A stretch of DNA of 64,000 nt from an uncultured Chloroflexia bacterium (GCA_963835945.1 CAWIHR010000068.1:2325-66324), one strand, 5' to 3'. Shown: positions 1 to 12,252, numbered from the stretch's first letter. A program made the numbers and translations. The notes: generated by a model not told the origin, from the letters alone.

Positions 1-2180
<2,180 letters not shown>

Positions 2181-2184
2181 GCCA

Positions 2185-2919
2185 ATGAGCGACACGACCA
2201 CCTTCCGCGTGCACCGCTACAAGCAGGGCGATGCGACGTCCCACCATGACCGCTTCGAGGTCCCGATCGGGCCGCGCACCACCGTGCTCGACGCGCTCAC
2301 CGCGATCCGCCGCACGCAGGACCCAAGCCTGACCCTCCGCCACTCGTGCTTCCACGCCTCGTGCGGCACATGCGGCATGAAGGTCAACGACCGCGAAGTC
2401 CTCGCCTGCGTGACGAACGTCCGCGAGCTCGCAGCGTCCGAGGTCGTCGTGGAGCCGCTGGACAACGCCCCGGTCGTCAGTGACCTCGTGGTGGACATGG
2501 GGCCGTTCTATGCGCGGTTCAACGCAGTCGGGCGGCCGCTGGTGCGCGAGAGCGAGCTCGTCCCTGGCTCGTACCCCGCGCCGGGGATCGCCCACTCGAT
2601 GCGCTACGAGGACTGCATCGAGTGCGGCATCTGCGTCTCCGCGTGCCCGATCGCCGGCACCGATCCGGCGTACCTGGCGCCGGCCGCGCTGGCCGCCGCC
2701 GACCGGGTCAGGGAAGAGCCGCGCGGCGGCGACGTCCCGTTCGTCATGCGGCTCGCGGACGACTCCCACGGGGCGTGGCGCTGCCACCTCGCCTTCGAAT
2801 GCAGCGAGGCCTGCCCGTCGAACGTGGAGCCCGCGGTCCACATCGCGCAGCTGCGCCGCTCGCTGATCGGGCGCCGATGGCGACGGCCGTCAGCAGAGCC
2901 AGTGGGAGCACGGCGATGA
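2185..2919 (+). CDS. Succinate dehydrogenase/fumarate reductase-type iron-sulfur subunit (SdhB/FrdB-like)
   Basis: The 2Fe-2S motif is RHSCFHASCGTCGMKVNDREVLAC. Ferredoxin-type cysteine clusters are CIECGICVSACP and CHLAFECSEACP. The start lies 5 nt after the glpA-like stop. Confidence 0.85.
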   Translation: MSDTTTFRVHRYKQGDATSHHDRFEVPIGPRTTVLDALTAIRRTQDPSLTLRHSCFHASCGTCGMKVNDREVLACVTNVRELAASEVVVEPLDNAPVVSDLVVDMGPFYARFNAVGRPLVRESELVPGSYPAPGIAHSMRYEDCIECGICVSACPIAGTDPAYLAPAALAAADRVREEPRGGDVPFVMRLADDSHGAWRCHLAFECSEACPSNVEPAVHIAQLRRSLIGRRWRRPSAEPVGARR

Positions 2920-3342
2920 GCGAACGAACCGTCGGCACAGAGCGCCCTGCCTCGCGCGCGGCGGGTCGCCGGGGCGTTGCCGGCTGGGTCGACGTCCGCG
3001 GCCGCCGGCTCGGCGGCTGGGCGTTCATCCTCAACCGCTTGGCTGGCCTGGGCGTGCTCTTCTACCTGTACCTGCACCTTGATCGTGCTCTCGCAGCTCG
3101 CGGTAGGCGCCGCGGCGTGGAACTCTCTGCTCAAGAACTGGTTCCTGAACCCCGTGTTCCTCGCCTTGGACGTCGTGCTCCTGGCCGGGCTCCTGGTCCA
3201 CGGACTGAACGGGATCCGCCTGGCCCTCGTGGGCTTCGGGCTGGTGGTCGATCGCCAGAAGGCGCTGCTGCTGGCGCTGACCGTGATCGGCGGGATCGTG
3301 CTGGTGATCGGCGTCCTGATGCTCCTCGTTCACGGGGGTTGA
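2916..3342 (+). pseudogene. SdhC/FrdC-like membrane anchor subunit with a frame break near nt 3080
   Basis: ATG 2916 overlaps the upstream stop. The first helix WAFILNRLAGLGVLFYLYLHL is in one frame. The remaining helices, IVLSQLAVGAAAWNSLL..LLAGLLVHGLNGIRLALVGFG..IGGIVLVIGVLMLLVHGG, are in the +1 frame. Confidence 0.6.
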
Positions 3343-3346
3343 GGCG

Positions 3347-3772
3347 ATGACAGGACGGGTCGAGGAAGGGCCTGGGACAACCGGACGGCCGTCGGGGCTG
3401 CCGGAGCGCTGGGCACCCGAAGAGCGTGACACCCTGCCGGGAATCGGGTGGGGCTGGCAGGCGATCACGGGCGTCGTCGTGCTGTTCCTCGTGACGCTCC
3501 ACATGATCGCCAACCACTTCGTGGTCCAGGGCGGGCTGCGCGACTACCAGCAGGTCATCGACTACATCACCAACCCGGTGATCCTGCCGCTCGAAACGCT
3601 GTTCCTCGTCGTCGTGAGCTGGCACGGCCTGCTCGGGCTGCGCGCGGTGATCTTCGACTTTGGGCTCAGCGCCCGGGCGGAGCGCATCGTCACCCGGGCC
3701 TTCGTCGTCGTCTGGCTCGTCACGATCATCTACGGCCTGGCGCTCCTGGCCATTCTCGTCACGCGACGGTGA
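3347..3772 (+). CDS. SdhD-like second hydrophobic anchor subunit
   Basis: Three predicted TM helices are visible (ITGVVVLFLVTLHMIANHF, ILPLETLFLVVVSWHGLLGLRAV, VVVWLVTIIYGLALLAILV). Each of the first two contains a His residue. It lies directly after the SdhC-like gene. Confidence 0.55.
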   Translation: MTGRVEEGPGTTGRPSGLPERWAPEERDTLPGIGWGWQAITGVVVLFLVTLHMIANHFVVQGGLRDYQQVIDYITNPVILPLETLFLVVVSWHGLLGLRAVIFDFGLSARAERIVTRAFVVVWLVTIIYGLALLAILVTRR

Positions 3773-3826
3773 ACCGAGAGGGGAGCGGCGCGGCGGGCGA
3801 AGCGGAGAGCCGTCGGCGGTCACGCG

Positions 3827-4240
3827 TTGGTCGGTGTCGTGGTCGCCTCGCACTCCGCGCAGGTGGCGGACGGCTTGGTCGAGATGGCACTCCAGATGGC
3901 CCGCGAACAGGCGCCCGAGATCCGGGTGATCGCGGCGGGGGGAGCGATCGACGGATCGCTCGGCGAGGACCCGGCTCGCATCGCCGAGGCTATCGGGGAG
4001 GCGGACGCCGGGGCGGGAGTCGTCGTGGTGGTCGACTTCAACGGGGCGGTCCACGCCAGCCGCTTTGCAATCGAGAACCTGCTCGAGCCCGCGCTTGCCG
4101 AGCGGGTGCGGATCAGTGGCGGCCCGCTCGTGGAGGGGGCGGTGTTCGCGGCCGTGCAGGCGAGCGTCGGCGACAACCTCGAGGCGGTGCTCGCTACAGC
4201 CGAGGCGGCATCCTCCTACGACAAGCACGTCGCCGACTGA
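3827..4240 (+). CDS. dhaM: PTS-dependent dihydroxyacetone kinase phosphotransferase subunit DhaM (EIIA-Man-like domain only)
   Basis: The TTG-start ORF begins VGVVVASHSAQVADGLVEMALQMA, matching the DhaM N-terminus with the phospho-His (SHS) motif. It is 137 aa, with no HPr or EI domains fused. Confidence 0.7.
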   Translation: MVGVVVASHSAQVADGLVEMALQMAREQAPEIRVIAAGGAIDGSLGEDPARIAEAIGEADAGAGVVVVVDFNGAVHASRFAIENLLEPALAERVRISGGPLVEGAVFAAVQASVGDNLEAVLATAEAASSYDKHVAD

Positions 4241-4256
4241 GTTCGGCGCGCGTCCC

Positions 4257-5303
4257 GTGCGCATCGCCGTCATCGGCGCGGGTGCCGTGGGCTCCGTCCT
4301 CGCCGGCTGTTTAGCGTCGGCCGGCCACCGCGTCGTGCTCGTGGGCCGATCCGGCCCGCCCGAACCCACGCCCGGTACGCTCGAGCTCGTCGGGCCCGGG
4401 GACCGCCGCCGGTCGCTGCGGGTCGAACGCCTCGCCGCGTCCGGCCGGTTGCCGGGCACGGATCTCGACGCGGCGGTGCTGGCGGTCAAGCGGTATGACC
4501 TGCCGGAGGCCGCGGCCATCCTGGACACGTGGCCAGCCCTGGTCGCGGTCACGGTGCAGAACGGGGTCGGCGCCGAGGAGATTGTCACGGCCCTTCGTCC
4601 AGGCAGCCCTCTCGTCGCGGCCTCGCTGACCGCCGCCGCGGAACTGGGGCTCGAGGGCGAGGTGCGATGGCTGAGACGCGGCGGCATTGGGCTCGCGCCG
4701 GTGTCTCCGGAGGTCCTGGCCCGCCGCGCCGCCCGCGCGCTGGCAAGCGCCTTCGCGGCCGGTGGGATGCCGGCGCGGACGTTCCAGAATGCGGCGGCAA
4801 TGAAATGGTCCAAGCTGCTCGCAAACCTCGTGGGCAACGCCACGAGCGCGCTGCTCGACCTCGACGTCGGAGCGATCTACGCGGATCGCGCGCTCTTCGA
4901 CGTCGAGCGGCGGCAGGAAATGGAGGCGCTAGCCGTCATGGACGCGCTCGGTCTCCCTCTCGTGGCGCTCCCCGGCGCAGACGTTCGGATGCTGGTCCGG
5001 GCCTTCCGCGTGCCAGCTCCGATCGTCCGACCGATCCTCTCCCGAGTCCTCGGCGGGGCCCGCGGTGGCAAGGTGCCATCCCTTCGGATCGCCCTGTCGG
5101 AGGCCCCTGGGCCAACTGAAATGGCCTGGCTCAACGGCGCGGTGGCGTCGGCTGCCGAACGGCTGGGCGTGAGCGCCCCCGTGAATACTTCGCTGCACCG
5201 ACTGGTCGAGGAGGCTGCCGCCGACCCGGTGCGGCGGGCTTGGTTCCGCGGCCGCCCCGACCGCTTGCTCGCCGAGCTCGCCGATACTGCGGCGGCAGGC
5301 TGA
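4257..5303 (+). CDS. 2-dehydropantoate 2-reductase family (ApbA/PanE-like) oxidoreductase
   Basis: The GTG start gives VRIAVIGAGAVGSVLAGCLASAGHRVVLVGR (Rossmann fold). KWSKLLANLVGNA matches the ApbA_C signature. Confidence 0.7.
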   Translation: MRIAVIGAGAVGSVLAGCLASAGHRVVLVGRSGPPEPTPGTLELVGPGDRRRSLRVERLAASGRLPGTDLDAAVLAVKRYDLPEAAAILDTWPALVAVTVQNGVGAEEIVTALRPGSPLVAASLTAAAELGLEGEVRWLRRGGIGLAPVSPEVLARRAARALASAFAAGGMPARTFQNAAAMKWSKLLANLVGNATSALLDLDVGAIYADRALFDVERRQEMEALAVMDALGLPLVALPGADVRMLVRAFRVPAPIVRPILSRVLGGARGGKVPSLRIALSEAPGPTEMAWLNGAVASAAERLGVSAPVNTSLHRLVEEAAADPVRRAWFRGRPDRLLAELADTAAAG

Positions 5304-5335
5304 GTTCGGGGCGCGCCACCGTATACTCGTTCGCG

Positions 5336-5965
5336 ATGAGCCTCGTCACCCTGGTTCGGGACATCGCGATCGTGGTCGCCGCGTTCCTCATCGGGGGCAT
5401 TCCCTGGGGCGTGATCGTGGCTCGGGCAGCAGGTGGTCCGGACCCGCGGTCGATCGGGAGCGGCCGCACCGGCGGCGCGAACGTCGCGCGGGCGCTAGGG
5501 CTCAGGCTGGCAGTGCTGACCGGGTTCCTCGACGTCTGCAAGGGCATCGCGGCGGTGCTGATCGCGCGGGCGCTCGGTGCGGGCGCAGCGGTGGAGATCG
5601 TTGCGGCGCTGGCGGCGATCGTCGGGCACAGCCGGTCGCCATTCCTGGGCATGCAGGGCGGGCGTGGTGTGTCCGCCGGGTTCGGCGGCCTGCTCGTCAT
5701 CCAGCCGCTCGTCGCGCTGCTGATCGTCCCGGTCTTCGCGGTCGTGTTCCTCGCCAGCCGCTACTCCTCCCTCGCGTCGCTGACGGGCTCAGCGGCAGCG
5801 GGACTGGCGCTGGTGGCGATCGCCGCTATCGGCAGCCAGCCGCCCGTCTACTACGTCTACGCCGTGGCCGGGCCGCTCCTGATCTGGCTGTTCCACTACG
5901 ACAACATCGCTCGACTCGTGGCCGGCACGGAACGCCGGTTCGGCTCGCCGCCGGCCGCGCACTAG
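5336..5965 (+). CDS. plsY: Glycerol-3-phosphate acyltransferase PlsY
   Basis: Motifs seen are FLIGGIPWGVIVAR, DPRSIGSGRTGGANVARALG, IVGHSRSPFLGMQGGRGVS and a multi-TM profile. The internal ATG at 5336 is chosen over the longer ORF start at 5240. Confidence 0.85.
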   Translation: MSLVTLVRDIAIVVAAFLIGGIPWGVIVARAAGGPDPRSIGSGRTGGANVARALGLRLAVLTGFLDVCKGIAAVLIARALGAGAAVEIVAALAAIVGHSRSPFLGMQGGRGVSAGFGGLLVIQPLVALLIVPVFAVVFLASRYSSLASLTGSAAAGLALVAIAAIGSQPPVYYVYAVAGPLLIWLFHYDNIARLVAGTERRFGSPPAAH

Positions 5966-6035
5966 CGCGACAGCCGGATCGAAGCGGCGCCGGCCGCCGG
6001 TGCAGCGGCGTGCCCGCCGGTGCAGAATCGCGACC

Positions 6036-7760
6036 ATGCGAAGACTGTTGGGGACCCCCGCTTCGAGCGGGGTCGCACGGGGACCCTGGGCTCGCGTCGA
6101 GGCGCCGCGCGAGCCGGAGACGCGCGAGATCCTTCCCGCGCAGGCCACGGCGGAGCGCGCCCTGCTGGGCGCGGCGGCGGAGCGTGCGGCCGCCGAGCTC
6201 GAGGCGATCGGGGAGCAGGTCGCCGCGGAGGGGCACCCGGAGGAGGGGGCCATCTTCGACGCCCAGGCGCAGATGGCGCGGGATCCCGCGCTCGCCTCGC
6301 TGGCGGAGCAGGCCATCGAGGAGCGACACCTCGACGCCGTCGGGGCGGTCCTCCAGGCGGGACGTGAGCTGGCCGAGCAGCTGCGTGGGCTCGGTGACGA
6401 ACTGCTCGCGGCCCGGGCGGCCGACGTGGCCGACGTCGCTCTGCGGATCGCCCGCCGAGCCGCTGGCGTGCCGGACCCCGGCCTGCCGCGCCTGGACGTG
6501 CCGGCCATCGTGGTCGCCGAAGACCTGCCGCCGTCCGTGACCGCTACCCTTCGCCGGGATCGTCTCCTGGGGTTCGCTCTGGAGTCCGGCTCAGCCACCG
6601 CGCACGCCGCGATTTTGGCGCGTGCCTACGGGATTCCGGCCGTTGTTGGGGTGCAGGGGCTCCTGTCCGCGCTGGCTCCCGGCGACCTCGCGATCGATGG
6701 CAGCACGGGCGAGGTCTTCATCGAGCCCGACGCCGCGGCCAGCGCCGAGCTCGAGCGGCGCGCCGAGCAGTCGCAACGCGCGGACGCGCAGGCGCGCAGT
6801 GAGGCGTCGCTGCCGGCGATGACCCGCGACGGGGTCGAGATCACGCTGCTGGCCAATATCGGGACTCCCGACGAGGCGTCCCGCGCCGTGGCGCTCGGAG
6901 CCCGGGGCGTGGGCTTATTCCGGACGGAGTTCCTCTTCATGGAGCGCGCGAGCGAGCCGACGGAGGACGAACAGGCGGCGGCGTACCGGGCCGCTGTCGA
7001 GGCCTTCTCGCCGTACCCGGTGACCATCCGACTGCTCGACGTCGGCGGGGACAAGCCCATCCCGTACCTGCCCATGGCTCCGGAGGCGAACCCGTTCCTC
7101 GGCGTGCGCGCCCTCCGGCTGGCGGCCACACGACCCGACATCTTCCTAGCCCAGCTGCGCGCGACGATGCGGGCCGCCGTGGCGGGGCCCGTGAACGTCA
7201 TGGCGCCGATGGTCGCGGATGCCGGCGACGCTGCCACGCTGCTGTCCCTCGCGGCGCAGGCCCGCGCCGAGCTTGAGAGGCGGGGCGAAGCGTTCGCTCC
7301 CGTCGGGCTCGGTGTAATGCTCGAAATCCCCGGGGCGATCCTCGTCGGCGACAGCTACTTCGGGCGCCTCTCGTTCGCCAGCCTGGGCACGAACGACCTG
7401 CTGCAGTACACGCTCGCCGTCGACAGGGGGAACCCGGACCTCGCCCGGTACCAGGACTCCCTCCACCCCGCGCTGCTGCGCCTCGTGCGCGAGGCCGTCG
7501 AGCGGGCCGACCGCGCCGGGATCGAGCTGTCCGTCTGCGGCGAGATGGCGGGCGACCCCGCGGCCGCGCTGGCGCTGGTGGGTATGGGGATCCGCAAGCT
7601 CAGCATGGCAGCGAGCAGCCTGGCCGCCGTCCGGCGCGCCATCCGCGGTGCGGACGAGGCGCGGGTGCGCGAGGAGGCGCGCGCCGCGCTCGAGGACCTG
7701 TCGGCGGCCGCGGTCCGCGCCCGGTTTGGCGCGCTGGTCGGTGGACGAGACGGCGCCTAA
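6036..7760 (+). CDS. ptsI: Phosphoenolpyruvate-protein phosphotransferase (PTS Enzyme I)
   Basis: Motifs seen are GTPASSGVARG, the phospho-His region GSATAHAAILARAYGIPAVVG, GLFRTEFLFM, and SLGTNDLLQYTLAVDRGN with CGEMAGDP. Confidence 0.9.
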   Translation: MRRLLGTPASSGVARGPWARVEAPREPETREILPAQATAERALLGAAAERAAAELEAIGEQVAAEGHPEEGAIFDAQAQMARDPALASLAEQAIEERHLDAVGAVLQAGRELAEQLRGLGDELLAARAADVADVALRIARRAAGVPDPGLPRLDVPAIVVAEDLPPSVTATLRRDRLLGFALESGSATAHAAILARAYGIPAVVGVQGLLSALAPGDLAIDGSTGEVFIEPDAAASAELERRAEQSQRADAQARSEASLPAMTRDGVEITLLANIGTPDEASRAVALGARGVGLFRTEFLFMERASEPTEDEQAAAYRAAVEAFSPYPVTIRLLDVGGDKPIPYLPMAPEANPFLGVRALRLAATRPDIFLAQLRATMRAAVAGPVNVMAPMVADAGDAATLLSLAAQARAELERRGEAFAPVGLGVMLEIPGAILVGDSYFGRLSFASLGTNDLLQYTLAVDRGNPDLARYQDSLHPALLRLVREAVERADRAGIELSVCGEMAGDPAAALALVGMGIRKLSMAASSLAAVRRAIRGADEARVREEARAALEDLSAAAVRARFGALVGGRDGA

Positions 7761-7880
7761 GCGAGGCGCATGCACGCGCCGTGACCGTGCCCGTCGGGCA
7801 TCGGCTGCGTCGGTCGACGGGTCCTCGCCGCGTCGGCTCCCAGCGGGGACGGTCGTGGGGTGCGGTAAACTTGCCGGGCC

Positions 7881-8435
7881 ATGACGACGCGTGAGGTGAG
7901 GGGGCAAGGATCAGTGTCCGCCGACGATCTGCGCGCGAAGATCCGCGAGATCCCCGACTTCCCGAAGCCCGGCATCCTGTTCTACGACATCACGACACTG
8001 CTGAAAGACCCCGATGCGTTCAAGGGCGCGATCGATTTGCTGGTCGATCCGTACCGCGACCGACGCGTCGACGTCGTGGTCGGGATGGAATCGCGCGGCT
8101 TCATCTTCAGCGCGCCGATGGCCTACATTCTGGGGGTCGGGTTCGTGCCCGTGCGCAAGCTGGGCAAGCTGCCGGCCGAGACGGTGAGCGTGGAATACGC
8201 GCTGGAGTACGGCACGAACACGCTCGAGATCCATCGTGACGCGATCACGCCGGGCCAGCGCGTGCTGATCGTCGACGACCTGCTGGCAACGGGCGGGACG
8301 GTCAGCGGGACGATCGATCTGGTGCGCCGGATCGGTGGCGAGGTCGTCGGGCTCGTGTTCCTCGTCGAGCTGCGGTTCCTCAAAGGCCGTGAGCGCCTCC
8401 GCGGCTACGACGTGCACAGCATCATCCAGTACTGA
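7881..8435 (+). CDS. apt: Adenine phosphoribosyltransferase
   Basis: Motifs seen are IPDFPKPGILFYDIT, GMESRGFIF, and the PRPP motif VLIVDDLLATGGT. An alternative GTG start at 7914 sits behind an AAGGA. Confidence 0.9.
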   Translation: MTTREVRGQGSVSADDLRAKIREIPDFPKPGILFYDITTLLKDPDAFKGAIDLLVDPYRDRRVDVVVGMESRGFIFSAPMAYILGVGFVPVRKLGKLPAETVSVEYALEYGTNTLEIHRDAITPGQRVLIVDDLLATGGTVSGTIDLVRRIGGEVVGLVFLVELRFLKGRERLRGYDVHSIIQY

Positions 8436-8450
8436 CCGCGGGGCGCCCGG

Positions 8451-10082
8451 GTGAGCGATCGGGGTCGGGGCGACGCTCCGGACGACCGACGCCCGGGCGG
8501 GCAGGCGGAGCTGCCTTGGGCGGACAAGGGCTCCACCGACGCTGATGCAGCGATTGATCCGACGAGTCGAGCCGGCACCCAGCCTGCACCGTCTGGCGAG
8601 GCCGCAGCTCCCCCCGCTTTCGTCGCTACCGACGCGGTGCCTGAACCTGCTCCGGCCGACCTCGGCCGACGCAGCTTCTTCCGCGCGTTCAGCCGCGAGG
8701 CCGTCCAGGCGGCAGCGCAGCTGGTCGGCGCCGCCACGGCCCTGCAGCGCAGTTCGCTGGCTGCGACTGGAGAGCTCCTCGGCGGACGCCCAGCGTCCGG
8801 CGATCCGATCGGGCAGTTCCTCGAGCTGGACGACCCGCCGGCGCCGCCTCCGGTGGCGCAGTTCCGCAGCCCCTACCGGTACCGGGAGGGTGAGCTGACC
8901 CTGGTCGACCAGCGCCGGCTCCCCGACGAGCTGGTCGAGGTCACCTGCCGCACTGGCGCGGAGGTGGCTGGGTGCGTCCGCGACCGGCTCGTGCGCGGTG
9001 GTCCCGTCCTGGCGCAGGTTGCCGCGTACGGTGTGCTCGTCGCGGCCGAACGCATGCGCACGTCGACGCGGTTCATTCGCGTCGCGACCCTGCACGGCAC
9101 GATCAACGCCCTGCGCTCGTCGCGACCGAGCTCCCGTCCGATGGAGGCCGCGCTCGATCGGGTGCTGGCGACGTGGCAGCGCGTGGGCGAGGAGGCCTCC
9201 GGCGACCTGACCGCAGATGTGCTGCGCGAAGAGGCGGAAGCGATCTCGGACGAGGCCATGCTCGACCATGCCGCGCTCGGGCGGGCCGGTGCGGCCGCGC
9301 TGCCCGTCCCGCTCGAGCGGCATCTCGAAGTCCTCGTGCACGGCCCGGTGGGGGCGCTCGCCGGCGGAGCACTCGGAACCGCGGTGGCGGTCCTGCAGGA
9401 ACTGCAGGTGCAGGGCCGCGACGTCCACGTGTGGGTTCCGGAAGGGCGCCCCACGCTGCAGGGAGCGCGCATCACGGCCTTCGAGCTGGCCCGTCTCGAC
9501 ATCCGGCACACTGTCCTGGCCGACGCTGCCGCGGCCGGGATTATCGCCCGGGGGCGGGTCGATGCCATCTTCGTGGCCGCCGATCGCATCGCTCGGAACG
9601 GCGACGTGTCTGCGACGGTCGGCACGTACACGCTGGCGGTCGTCGGCGCTCGGCACGCTGTGCCGGTCTATGTCTGCGCACCGCTCTCGACAGTGGACCT
9701 GCGCGTGAATGACGCGTGGGGCTTCATGGAGGAGGAGCGCCCCGCCGACGAACTTGCCGATGTGAACGGTCGTCGCATTCCGCCGGCCGAGAGCCTCGTG
9801 CAGAACCCGGTGCTCGACGTCACGCCGGCGGCGTTGATCCGCGGGTTTGTCACCGAGTTGGGCGTGCTCGCACCGCCGTTCGAAGAGTCGCTCGAACGCG
9901 CCGTCAAACTGCGACAGTCGGGCCCGCCCGCCCCGCCCTCGCCCGAGGAGTCGCTACCGCCCGAGGCGTCGGCACTCGCCGCGGACGCCGCCGTGGACCA
10001 CGAGGCCGGGTCGGAGGGCTCCGAAACGACCGCTGCGCTGCCGTCGCCGCCGGCCGAGGATGAGGACGGCTGGGAGGGCTGA
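8451..10082 (+). CDS. eIF-2B alpha/beta/delta family protein, MtnA-like (methylthioribose-1-phosphate isomerase family), atypical
   Basis: The core YREGELTLVDQRRLPDE..ATLHGTINALRSSRP..VAADRIARNGDVSATVGTYTLAV..PVLDVTPAALIRGFVTELG matches the family. The motif position normally reading HCN(T/A)G reads HGPVG. There are extensions of about 140 aa at the N-terminus and about 70 aa at the C-terminus. Confidence 0.7.
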   Translation: MSDRGRGDAPDDRRPGGQAELPWADKGSTDADAAIDPTSRAGTQPAPSGEAAAPPAFVATDAVPEPAPADLGRRSFFRAFSREAVQAAAQLVGAATALQRSSLAATGELLGGRPASGDPIGQFLELDDPPAPPPVAQFRSPYRYREGELTLVDQRRLPDELVEVTCRTGAEVAGCVRDRLVRGGPVLAQVAAYGVLVAAERMRTSTRFIRVATLHGTINALRSSRPSSRPMEAALDRVLATWQRVGEEASGDLTADVLREEAEAISDEAMLDHAALGRAGAAALPVPLERHLEVLVHGPVGALAGGALGTAVAVLQELQVQGRDVHVWVPEGRPTLQGARITAFELARLDIRHTVLADAAAAGIIARGRVDAIFVAADRIARNGDVSATVGTYTLAVVGARHAVPVYVCAPLSTVDLRVNDAWGFMEEERPADELADVNGRRIPPAESLVQNPVLDVTPAALIRGFVTELGVLAPPFEESLERAVKLRQSGPPAPPSPEESLPPEASALAADAAVDHEAGSEGSETTAALPSPPAEDEDGWEG

Positions 10083-10948
10083 TGGTGACCCTCGCTCGAG
10101 CCCAGTCCAGCGAGCGGGGACTCGTGGTTCGGTTCACGACCGACCGGGTGCTCCTGCGCCAATTCCTCGAGCGGGACCGGCTGTTCGCCGCGTACGCCCT
10201 GTGCGACCTCGACGACCGGGAGTTTGCCCGAACCCGCTGGGGCGTCGCTTTCGACGGCCTAGTGCCGGAATCCCTCGTGCTCGAGTACGCCGGGCTGGCG
10301 CCGCAGCCCGTCTTCGTCATGGGCAATTCCGGCGGCGTCGAGGCCGTTCTCCGCGACCTCATCAGGCCCCGTGCCGCCTACGTCGCGATGTCGTACGGGG
10401 TGCTTCCCGCCGTGGAGCGCCTCTACCGCGTCGAGCCGGGACCCGAGATGATCCGCATGGCCGTGGATCGGGTGACGTTCCGCCCGCACGCTGGCCTGGC
10501 GGCGCGGATGGTGCCGGGCGAGATCGGCGACCTGAACCGCCTGTATGACCTTGGCTTCACGTCGTGGCTGCCGGCCTCGGCGATCGAGGAGGGCGTCTAC
10601 TACGGGATCCGAGTGCACGGCACGCTGGTCGCGGCCGCAGGCACCCACGTCGTCAGCCGCGAGGCGAGAATGGCGGTCGTGGGAAACGTGCTGACGCACC
10701 GGGAGCACCGCGGTCGCGGGTTCGCCAAGATCACGACCAGCGCGGTGACGCAGGAGCTGCTGCGGTCGTGCGACGAGGTCGTGCTGAACGTTCGCGCCGA
10801 CAACGCGCCCGCGATCGCCGCATATCGTACGCTTGGCTACGGCGAACACTGTCGCTTCGCTGAGCGGCTCGCCCACAGGCGTGCCTCGACCCTCGATGGC
10901 ATCATGGCACCGCTACGGCGCCTCTTCCCAGCCCGGAAGGAGCCCTGA
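10082..10948 (+). CDS. GNAT-family N-acetyltransferase
   Basis: The acetyl-CoA motif [20 protein letters not shown] and [18 protein letters not shown] are present. ATG 10082 overlaps the upstream TGA. Confidence 0.75.
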   Translation: MVTLARAQSSERGLVVRFTTDRVLLRQFLERDRLFAAYALCDLDDREFARTRWGVAFDGLVPESLVLEYAGLAPQPVFVMGNSGGVEAVLRDLIRPRAAYVAMSYGVLPAVERLYRVEPGPEMIRMAVDRVTFRPHAGLAARMVPGEIGDLNRLYDLGFTSWLPASAIEEGVYYGIRVHGTLVAAAGTHVVSREARMAVVGNVLTHREHRGRGFAKITTSAVTQELLRSCDEVVLNVRADNAPAIAAYRTLGYGEHCRFAERLAHRRASTLDGIMAPLRRLFPARKEP

Positions 10949-10977
10949 CCTTTCCGGCCCGCAGGAGTTCCACACAC

Positions 10978-12252
10978 ATGTCCGTCGCCCAACTGCCGGC
11001 CCACGATGTCGCCGACCTTGCGCTCGCCGCCGAGGGGCGACGTCGCATCGAGTGGGCCGAGCGAGAGATGCCGGTGCTGCGCCTGATCCGCGAGCGGTTC
11101 GAGCAAGAACGCCCCTTGGCGGGGGTGCGGATCGCGGCCTGCCTGCACGTGACGGCTGAGACCGCGAACCTGGTGCGGACGCTCCAGGCGGGCGGTGCGG
11201 CGATCGCGCTTGCCGCTTCAAACCCGCTCTCTACCAAGGACGACGTGGCGGCGGCCCTCGTAGCGGTATACGGCATCCCCACCTACGCCAGGCATGGCGT
11301 GGACCGCGACGGCTACTACGCGCACCTCAACGCGATCGCCGACACGCATCCGTTAGTTACCATGGACGACGGGTGCGACTTGGTGACGCTGCTGCACACG
11401 GAGCGCCCCGGGCAGGTCCCCGAGGTAATGGCGGGCACCGAGGAGACCACGACCGGGGTCGTCCGGCTCCGCGCGATGGCCGCCGACGGAGCGCTGGGCT
11501 ACCCCGTCGTGGCGGTCAACGAGGCCAAGACGAAGCACCTCTTCGACAACCGGTACGGGACCGGCCAGTCGGCCGTCGACGGGATTCTCCGCGCCACAAA
11601 CATCCTCCTGGCCGGTCGCCACGTGGTGGTGGCCGGGTACGGCTGGGTCGGACGGGGGATCGCTTCCCGGTTCCGGGGAATGGGCGCGCAGGTCGCGGTC
11701 ACGGAGGTCGACCCGATCCCGGCGATCGAGGCGCTCATGGACGGCTTCGTGGTGCTGCCGATGGCCGACGCGGCGCCCTGGGGAGAAGTCTTCATCACGG
11801 CCACGGGCGACCTCAACGTCATTCGCGAGGAGCACTTCCGCGTGATGCGCGACGGCGCGATCCTCGCCAACGCCGGACACTTCGACGCGGAGATCGAGCT
11901 CCCGGCCCTCCGCCGCCTGGCCGACGGCCGCGTCCGCGAAGTGCGCCCCGACGTCGACGAGTACGACCTCGGCGACCGGCGCCTCAGGCTGGTGGTCGAG
12001 GGCCGGCTGGTCAACCTCGGAGCTGCCGAGGGCCACCCCGCCGCTGTCATGGACATGAGCTTCGCGAACCAGGCGCTCGGTGTGGAGTACGTGGTGGCAC
12101 ACCACGGCGAGCTCGATCGCGCGGTCTACGCCGTGCCCGACGCAATCGACCGGGAGGTGGCCCGCCTGAAGCTCGAGGCGCTGGGGATCGGGATCGACGA
12201 GCTGACGCCCGAGCAGCGGGCGTACCTCTCGTCCTGGACGAGCGGCACGTAG
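10978..12252 (+). CDS. ahcY: Adenosylhomocysteinase
   Basis: Motifs seen are [53 protein letters not shown], the NAD fold [13 protein letters not shown], and GHFDAEI. Confidence 0.95.
   Translation: MSVAQLPAHDVADLALAAEGRRRIEWAEREMPVLRLIRERFEQERPLAGVRIAACLHVTAETANLVRTLQAGGAAIALAASNPLSTKDDVAAALVAVYGIPTYARHGVDRDGYYAHLNAIADTHPLVTMDDGCDLVTLLHTERPGQVPEVMAGTEETTTGVVRLRAMAADGALGYPVVAVNEAKTKHLFDNRYGTGQSAVDGILRATNILLAGRHVVVAGYGWVGRGIASRFRGMGAQVAVTEVDPIPAIEALMDGFVVLPMADAAPWGEVFITATGDLNVIREEHFRVMRDGAILANAGHFDAEIELPALRRLADGRVREVRPDVDEYDLGDRRLRLVVEGRLVNLGAAEGHPAAVMDMSFANQALGVEYVVAHHGELDRAVYAVPDAIDREVARLKLEALGIGIDELTPEQRAYLSSWTSGT

Noticed and set aside
3131-4843. 570-aa ORF on the minus strand, and similar ones at 35637-37370 and 38629-40476
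   Set aside because: All are antisense to well-supported + strand genes (the SdhD-like gene/dhaM/panE-like gene, accDA, and the BCCP-like gene/accC). All have shadow-frame composition.
8640-8720. The RRSFFRAF motif as proof that the MtnA-like protein is Tat-exported
   Set aside because: The motif sits about 70 residues into the protein. The following segment is only weakly hydrophobic, and the enzyme family is cytoplasmic. I kept it only as an oddity within the finding on this gene.
7911-9656. 581-aa ORF on the minus strand
   Set aside because: It is antisense to apt and the MtnA-like gene. It has no motifs and shadow-frame composition.
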